The notes below the pieces were generated by a model. It saw only the letters and a list, made by a program, of their open reading frames with translations, searched no databases and was not told the origin of the DNA. 11,577 bases of DNA from a virus. Lineage: Duplodnaviria; Heunggongvirae; Uroviricota; Caudoviricetes. Positions 6,714-11,577 of this stretch are shown in pieces; position 1 is the first letter of the stretch; every line of letters begins with the position of its first letter. A program made the position numbers and the translations under genes. Location of the stretch: positions 1-11,577 of IMG/VR virus record IMGVR_UViG_3300018477_000015, one strand, 5' to 3'.

Positions 6714-6998
6714 CTATTGTAATTTTTTGCCTAATATACATGAAAGCTCCTTACTATCCAGTACTACCACGGTAAAGCCCAGTTTTCGCAGACGTTCATG
6801 CTCGCGCAACTGATCAGGTCGTGGTGGTTTGCCTGGTGCTTTGCATTCGACAAAGACGATGCGACCGCCGGGTAGCAGAACAATGCGATCTGGTACCGAG
6901 CGGAGACCGGGAGATACGAACTTAAAAGCAACCCCGCCAGCCTTTTTTACTTCAGCGACGAGGTGCTTTTCGATTAGGTTTTCACGTTCATAGGCCAT
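6714..6998 (-). CDS. VRR-NUC domain nuclease (PD-(D/E)xK family)
   Basis: 94 aa. GLRSVPDRIVLLPGGRIVFVECKAPGKPPRPDQ contains the D...E-x-K signature in the size and arrangement typical of VRR-NUC, a usual partner of phage SNF2 helicases. Confidence 0.8.
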   Translation of the reverse strand: MAYERENLIEKHLVAEVKKAGGVAFKFVSPGLRSVPDRIVLLPGGRIVFVECKAPGKPPRPDQLREHERLRKLGFTVVVLDSKELSCILGKKLQ

Positions 6999-7192
6999 TA
7001 GCTTTCGCCTTCCTGCTTTTTGCGTTTCTTCATGCAGATAGCGCAGTTCTCAGGATGGTCATGCCATTCGTCAATCCTGATACCTGTGAACATCCATTTT
7101 CCGCATAGTGATATGGCTTCCCCCGAATTAAAGAAATGTGCTTTTTTCGACAGGGCGGGGAACCCCCAACCTTTATTATCGATATTAGACAT
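6998..7192 (-). CDS. small putative zinc-binding protein (64 aa), translationally coupled to the VRR-NUC gene
   Basis: Strong SD (AAGGAGG, 6 nt before ATG 7192). Its stop overlaps the VRR-NUC start (TAATG at 6996-7000). Contains a C-x13-H-x-H-x4-C-x2-C motif (SLCGKW...EWHDHPENCAIC). Confidence 0.55.
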   Translation of the reverse strand: MSNIDNKGWGFPALSKKAHFFNSGEAISLCGKWMFTGIRIDEWHDHPENCAICMKKRKKQEGES

Positions 7193-7370
7193 CGTCCACC
7201 TCCTTACGCTTTTCGCGCATGTTCTGCATCAGACAAAAATCAAACCGACGTTCGCTTTGGCCCAGACCTGCATCGCCCGGTCGTACCCGCTGGACTGTTC
7301 AAGGCGCAAAGCCTCCCGCGCAGTCCGGTAATAAAGCGGACTGTCCCGGTATTTAAATGACATAGGGTTT

Positions 7371-7403
7371 TTATTCCCAAATAAAAAACCCCGCAATGCA
7401 GGG
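7371..7403 (-). terminator. rho-independent terminator downstream of the 253-aa gene (minus-strand sense)
   Basis: Minus-strand RNA forms CCCUGC-AUU-GCGGGG (6-bp stem with one G-U pair) followed by UUUUUUAUUU. It lies about 24 nt after the stop at 7428. Confidence 0.5.
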
Positions 7404-7427
7404 TTGTAATCAACAATAAGGGGGTAA

Positions 7428-8189
7428 TTACGAGGAAGCGTTAGCTATTTGAGCTTGTGTAAATTCGAAACCAGAATTTTGTAACCGTTGCACTAGACGA
7501 GGAACTGTTTCACGTACATGGTCGTTGAAATTCAGATACAAAATCCCGTTAGCATCAGAAGGCTGTTCTAGGTGCTGTTTCTGAAGGATTGCTACATTGC
7601 TGCGCCCTAAGGACGAAAGAAGCATACCCATCTCGAGTACAACGTTCTGTCTTGCGCGGGGTTGGATTTCTGCTTCACCGGCGCGCTTTGAGTATCCCAT
7701 ATCATCAGGTGTCAAAAGAACAATCCCGAAACGGGTAGCAGTTTGTCCTTGCCCAATTTCACGTTCAAGCTCTTCAATAATGGTGAGTCCAGTCCCTCCC
7801 GTATTCTGCAAAATGAAATGGTCTGGTAATCCAAGTTTATGAAGGATTAGCTCAAGTTGTTCCTTTGCAGTATGGTCATGGCCGTGAACAATGAATATCT
7901 TTTTGGGAAGCTCAGATGGCTGTTCTACGGCTAGTGGTGTTGCCGTGGGGGGCGTTCCTAAATGGGACATTATTGCAGTTTCAACATTGGGACGTTCTTG
8001 AGGGTTACCTTGAAACTGAATGGTCCGGGTGGTGTAAAGGTTAACAATTACGCCATTCGTTAAACGATAGCAGTCATAAGTCTCACGCTGTTCGTGGGAA
8101 AAATTGGTGAACCCACACTCCCTCAAAAAGTCAGGAAAAGATTCTCTCGGGTATGGATAGGTGATCGGCATTTCAGTTAGTTCCTGCAT
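7428..8189 (-). CDS. TIR-like domain protein (C-terminal TIR-like/NDT-like Rossmannoid domain, uncharacterised N-terminal domain of about 95 aa)
   Basis: 253 aa. C-terminal half has KIFIVHGHD, then FGIVLLTPDDMG...PRARQNVVLEMGMLLSSLGRSNVAILQK and QPSDANGILYLNF, the same motif order as the 305-aa protein and matching my recollection of the PF10137-type TIR-like family. AGGA about 10 nt upstream of ATG 8189. Followed by its own terminator. Confidence 0.55.
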   Translation of the reverse strand: MQELTEMPITYPYPRESFPDFLRECGFTNFSHEQRETYDCYRLTNGVIVNLYTTRTIQFQGNPQERPNVETAIMSHLGTPPTATPLAVEQPSELPKKIFIVHGHDHTAKEQLELILHKLGLPDHFILQNTGGTGLTIIEELEREIGQGQTATRFGIVLLTPDDMGYSKRAGEAEIQPRARQNVVLEMGMLLSSLGRSNVAILQKQHLEQPSDANGILYLNFNDHVRETVPRLVQRLQNSGFEFTQAQIANASS

Positions 8190-8253
8190 AAGTATTGTTC
8201 CTTTAATTTACTCGAATTCAGCATGTCGCCATAGCTCGATAAGGTGAGTTATA

Positions 8254-10350
8254 TCAATCTTTTTTGTAGTGGTACGCCTCAAAGCCGCCAGCGTTCAGCG
8301 GAATATCGGGTGCCCATTCGGGGTTAGTGGAGAGAAGCGCGGAAAGCGCTTTATCGTTGAAATCTTCTGTGTCTGGTGCTTCGGTGATCACCTCGTCGTG
8401 TACCGTTAGCACAATGCTGTAACCGGCACCCTCGATCAGCGGCATGTTTCTGGCCAGAACGTCGCGGGCGGCCGCCTGGGTGACGTTCTCCACCAGCTTT
8501 CCGCCGTAGGTTTTGAGTCGTTGCCATTTACGCGAATAAGAGTTAACACCCATGTAGGTGATATTCCCTTGTTCGATAACCGGAGACGGGTAGCATACAG
8601 CGCGTCCGGATGGTAGCTGTATGCGCAGCCACGCGCCATCACGTCGGATTTTAAGATAGCCGCAATACAATGTTTTTTGCGGTATGGCGATTGCTGTGCG
8701 GACAGTGCGCTCCAGCTCGTACCAGAAATCGCAGGTCGCCGGGTGCGCCCTGCGCCACAGGCGCTTGAGCGAGTCACATGCGATGAATACACGCTCGGAA
8801 AGGCCAAAGGTCGACTTACGTTTAACCGATTCGTCGTACCAGCTTTTCGCCTCGCGGATAACATCGCGGGGAATGTTTGGCAGTGCGGCGTTCGCCAGCT
8901 CGTCGAGATCGAGACCGTAAACCAGAGCAAAAGTGATGAAAGCCGATACACCACCTCCATAACCCAGACCGAGTTCCATGACTTTACCGATCTGACGCAT
9001 GTGTTTATCAACATCATCTGGTGCAATATCGAAAGCTTTTGCATACGCCAGTTTATATAAGTCCGGACCCGTTCCAGCGTCATACTCTCTGAATGCATTC
9101 AGTTTCCATTCTTCTCCCGCCAGCCATGCCAGCATACGGCCTTCAATGTTTGACAAGTCACTTACCACCAGTTTTTTGCCTGTTGGCGCGATAATGCAGC
9201 CACGTAACGCTGAACTGGTTAGTTCCATGATATTGTCAAACAGCAGGTCTGCACATCCGGCTTTCAGTGCTTCGATGCCTTCGTCTATTTGTTCCTGTTT
9301 TAGTGAAGGGCGGGGAAGGTTCTGGGGCTGGAATAGCCGTCCGGCCCAACGACCGGTACGTGACGCCCCGCAGAACTGTAGCGTACCGCGTAAGCGCCCG
9401 TCGTGGCTTACGCCTTTCATCAGTGCCTTGTATTTACTGGTGCTGGTAGTACTGGCTTGCAGGCGGATAGCCAGCAGTTCTTTCACGGCAGATGATAAAT
9501 CGGGGTCGGCCATACGACGTTCCAGGGTACTGCGTTGCATGTCTGGTAGCTCCACACCGTAGGATTCAACGATGTGCTTAATCAACGCGTCCCGTTGTGT
9601 GGCTGCCTGCACTTCGCCATCAGTCATTTCCTGTGTACGCTTTGCCAGGCGCTTTTGCTCCTGGTCTACCGCTTCGATCGCAGCGCGCGCGAGTTGCATG
9701 TCCATGCAGACGCCCCGGTCGTTGATCTGCTGATCACGATGCCAGAGCGCCAGCTCTGTCCCCTGATAATTCCACTTCGGCAGACGTTTATAGACTTCGC
9801 GCATTGCTTCGATATCCAGTCCGGCGTAAGCAACAAAGCGCCGCCATTCTTCCGGATGGGTTTTACTGGTGGCCCGACGCAGTTTGCTGTTTTTCGGATG
9901 TGGCTTACAGAACAGCTGGATCAGCGCTTTACCTTCTTTGTCCTTCGCTTTGTCTTGCGGGACGCCTAGTACTTCGCAGAGTTCCCCCAGAGACCCCGGG
10001 AGACCGTGCGCCAGCGCCTGCACCATCGTGTCGCGCCAACGTTCGACTGGCGGTGCCAGTCGCGGCATTGCATAACGCAGAACGGTGCGGTCGAAGTGAG
10101 AGTTATGGAAATAAAGCAGGGTTTCAGGGTCTGCGATTGCTTCGTATAAGCCGTGTGGAATACCACCACCGGCAGTGATATCCCACACGTTTACTGGCCC
10201 GTCGTTGATAGCCCATGCGAAAAGCATCACTTCAACGCCTTCGGCATACGCATGGGTACCGTTCGTAATAGGGATTTCGCAATAGGTTTCCAGGTCGCCC
10301 CAGAGAATACTTTGATGTTGTTTATTTGAGGGGACTATATTATTTTTCAT
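8254..10350 (-). CDS. family A DNA polymerase with N-terminal 3'-5' exonuclease domain (phage-type PolA)
   Basis: 698 aa. Exo motif LWGDLETY, polymerase motif [21 protein letters not shown], motif [17 protein letters not shown], motif C LTVHDEV. Confidence 0.9.
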   Translation of the reverse strand: MKNNIVPSNKQHQSILWGDLETYCEIPITNGTHAYAEGVEVMLFAWAINDGPVNVWDITAGGGIPHGLYEAIADPETLLYFHNSHFDRTVLRYAMPRLAPPVERWRDTMVQALAHGLPGSLGELCEVLGVPQDKAKDKEGKALIQLFCKPHPKNSKLRRATSKTHPEEWRRFVAYAGLDIEAMREVYKRLPKWNYQGTELALWHRDQQINDRGVCMDMQLARAAIEAVDQEQKRLAKRTQEMTDGEVQAATQRDALIKHIVESYGVELPDMQRSTLERRMADPDLSSAVKELLAIRLQASTTSTSKYKALMKGVSHDGRLRGTLQFCGASRTGRWAGRLFQPQNLPRPSLKQEQIDEGIEALKAGCADLLFDNIMELTSSALRGCIIAPTGKKLVVSDLSNIEGRMLAWLAGEEWKLNAFREYDAGTGPDLYKLAYAKAFDIAPDDVDKHMRQIGKVMELGLGYGGGVSAFITFALVYGLDLDELANAALPNIPRDVIREAKSWYDESVKRKSTFGLSERVFIACDSLKRLWRRAHPATCDFWYELERTVRTAIAIPQKTLYCGYLKIRRDGAWLRIQLPSGRAVCYPSPVIEQGNITYMGVNSYSRKWQRLKTYGGKLVENVTQAAARDVLARNMPLIEGAGYSIVLTVHDEVITEAPDTEDFNDKALSALLSTNPEWAPDIPLNAGGFEAYHYKKD

Positions 10351-10384
10351 ATGGGCAAACTAGCTAATAAAGTTGAGGAAAAAA

Positions 10385-10588
10385 ATGTCTGAATCTAAGT
10401 TCAAACCTGGAGACCGCGTACAACATCTTTCTGGTGGGCCTGTTCTTGTGGTTGTTAGCACAGGATATATTCCTGCAACAGCTTTTAATGGCGACTTCAT
10501 TCGCGTAACTTGTGAATTTTGGGATGAATCTAAAAAAGCTTTCGTAAAACAGGATTTTGTTGAAACTTCTCTTGAAGATTACGAATAA
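10385..10588 (+). CDS. DUF2158 (YodC-like) small protein
   Basis: About 67 aa from ATG 10385, with GAGGA 5 nt upstream; the track's 10373 start is a TTG. KPGDRVQHLSGGPVLVV...CEFWDESKKAFVKQDFVETSL fits the GD.V.L.SGGP...C.WFD...K..F pattern of the DUF2158 family. It lies opposite in orientation to the surrounding replication genes. Confidence 0.65.
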   Translation: MSESKFKPGDRVQHLSGGPVLVVVSTGYIPATAFNGDFIRVTCEFWDESKKAFVKQDFVETSLEDYE

Positions 10589-10604
10589 CTCATAACACAA
10601 TCCT

Positions 10605-10628
10605 CAAAGCGCCCCTAAGGGCGCTTTG
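10605..10628. terminator. bidirectional hairpin terminator between convergent genes
   Basis: Perfect 10-bp stem CAAAGCGCCC / GGGCGCTTTG with CTAA loop, followed by GCGTTT on the plus strand. It sits 17 nt after the DUF2158 stop and 4 nt after the DUF2815 stop. Confidence 0.55.
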
Positions 10629-10632
10629 GCGT

Positions 10633-11181
10633 TTAAATCAGTGCTTCAGCATCAGCACCTTCGCTGATATCGTCGAAATCGTCAGCGCTTGCCACTCCGC
10701 CGCCAGCGAATGCATCGCCGTCTCGCAGGAACTGGACTCCGCCGAGTGAGGCATTAATGCGTTTACCGAAATTATTGTCCTGTGCCCAGATATCGATAAC
10801 GGCGTTTACATAGCACCCTGCATAGGGACGTCCATCAGCCTGAATTAGTGGCGAACGATCGCGATCAAGAACAGCTGGGCGCGCTTTGTTAGCAGCATTC
10901 AGGAAGAAATTACCGGGGAAGCCTTCATACTCTGCTTTTTCATCACCATCATGCAGGCACAGATTGAGTTTTTTCTCCAGTTGGTTATAAATGGGCTCCC
11001 ACTTCTCTCCCCATTTTTCCTTCGCTACCTGCTTCATAGCTTTACGGATTTCTTCCAGTTGTGGGTGTTTGGGAGACATTAAAAATACTGCGGAGAAACG
11101 CGGATCGCCTTCGCCGTTTACAGTTTTAGCTTCAAACAGAGACGGGAAGGCCAGACGAACATTGTTCAGCTTCAGTTTCAT
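10633..11181 (-). CDS. DUF2815-family phage protein (ssDNA-binding-like), with acidic C-terminal tail
   Basis: 182 aa beginning MKLKLNNVRLAF, the N-terminal signature I associate with DUF2815 proteins found next to phage family A polymerases. AAGGAAA SD 8 nt upstream. C-terminus is DDFDDISEGADAEALI. Confidence 0.65.
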   Translation of the reverse strand: MKLKLNNVRLAFPSLFEAKTVNGEGDPRFSAVFLMSPKHPQLEEIRKAMKQVAKEKWGEKWEPIYNQLEKKLNLCLHDGDEKAEYEGFPGNFFLNAANKARPAVLDRDRSPLIQADGRPYAGCYVNAVIDIWAQDNNFGKRINASLGGVQFLRDGDAFAGGGVASADDFDDISEGADAEALI

Positions 11182-11196
11182 GGGTATTTCCTTAAA

Positions 11197-11577
11197 TCAG
11201 ATGAGGTCTGCGGTTAGCGTATCGTCGGATACGTCGTCGAAATCATTTACAGGGTTGATATTGAGTGCGGGGCGTGGGTCTGACTCGGGAACGACGGTTG
11301 GTTTACCATCAGCTCGTGTTATCAGTGCCTCGACTTTTGACCAACGGCGCGGACTGGCCTTTTTGATAAGTTTTTCGGCTTTTGTGGGACTAATAAGTTT
11401 AAAGTCGAATACTTCTTCAGTTTTGTACCTGAACTGGTCCTTCAGAAGTGCGCGAGCTGCCTCTTCATCACTCCAGGCCCGGTTACCTTGTTTTCCTGTT
11501 ACCAGTTTAAACCCCGGTACCGGATGTCCGGCATTGAGTTCATTGTGAACCCGGTCCCGTACTGCCTTTAGCCAGGA
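11197..11577 (-). CDS. phage replication-module protein, C-terminal 126-aa fragment (5' end outside window); possibly the DUF2800-type nuclease that usually precedes DUF2815
   Basis: Minus-strand frame is open from the window edge to TGA at 11197-11199 and ends ...NDFDDVSDDTLTADLI. The stop lies 15 nt upstream of the DUF2815 start. It is not in the ORF track because there is no Met in the window. The family assignment is a guess from gene order. Confidence 0.45.
   Translation of the reverse strand, partial: SWLKAVRDRVHNELNAGHPVPGFKLVTGKQGNRAWSDEEAARALLKDQFRYKTEEVFDFKLISPTKAEKLIKKASPRRWSKVEALITRADGKPTVVPESDPRPALNINPVNDFDDVSDDTLTADLI

Noticed and set aside
7020-7360. Plus-strand ORFs of 103 aa and 74 aa across the Zn-ribbon gene and intergenic region
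   Set aside because: The minus strand here has a strong RBS and a coupled gene. The plus-strand frames lack RBS and fall across terminator and palindrome structures.
7597-7842. Plus-strand 81-aa ORF inside the 253-aa gene
   Set aside because: Antisense to an ORF with conserved TIR-like motifs.
8436-10178. Multiple ORFs (60-220 aa) on both strands inside the DNA polymerase gene
   Set aside because: The polymerase frame carries all exonuclease and polymerase motifs. The others are typical spurious frames of GC-rich coding sequence (Arg/Ser/Ala-rich).
10364-10600. Minus-strand 78-aa ORF antisense to the DUF2158 gene
   Set aside because: The plus-strand frame has an RBS and a family-like motif pattern. 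The minus frame is Phe/Lys-rich low-complexity without RBS. A minus-strand promoter for PolA may still lie here.
10991-11548. Plus-strand 185-aa ORF
   Set aside because: Antisense to the DUF2815 gene and the partial upstream ORF. Ser-rich low-complexity product.
1-11577. CRISPR arrays, tRNA/rRNA genes, IS elements
   Set aside because: I saw no regularly spaced direct repeats, no tRNA-like cloverleaf or conserved T-loop sequence, and no transposase-like ORF with terminal inverted repeats.

Overview
The window reads as a mosaic piece of a temperate phage or prophage, probably enterobacterial (inferred from the Pin/Hin-like invertase and the lambda-type tail-fibre ends). Left to right: (i) the right edge of an invertible tail-fibre segment (convergent tail-fibre-assembly and tail-fibre C-terminal fragments, a 26-bp hix/gix-like crossover site at 570-595) and a Pin/Hin/Gin-family serine invertase (650-1204); (ii) an AT-rich accessory island (1285-2726) with a membrane-anchored 215-aa protein, a small ORF, an A6G9 homopolymer tract and a repeat-rich region upstream of the integrase; (iii) a P4-type tyrosine integrase (2733-4130) with a convergent AlpA/excisionase-like gene; (iv) a minus-strand replication module: SNF2-like helicase, VRR-NUC nuclease, small zinc-ribbon protein, family A DNA polymerase, DUF2815 protein and a partial upstream ORF. 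The module is interrupted by accessory genes: two proteins (305 aa, AT-rich insert; 253 aa, terminator-flanked) that share a TIR-like / nucleoside-2-deoxyribosyltransferase-like motif set, and an opposite-strand DUF2158 gene. The best candidates for an undescribed system are those two TIR-like proteins and the AT-rich cassette between pin and int. All family assignments are from reading the translated ORFs by eye and from memory of family motifs; no database search was run.
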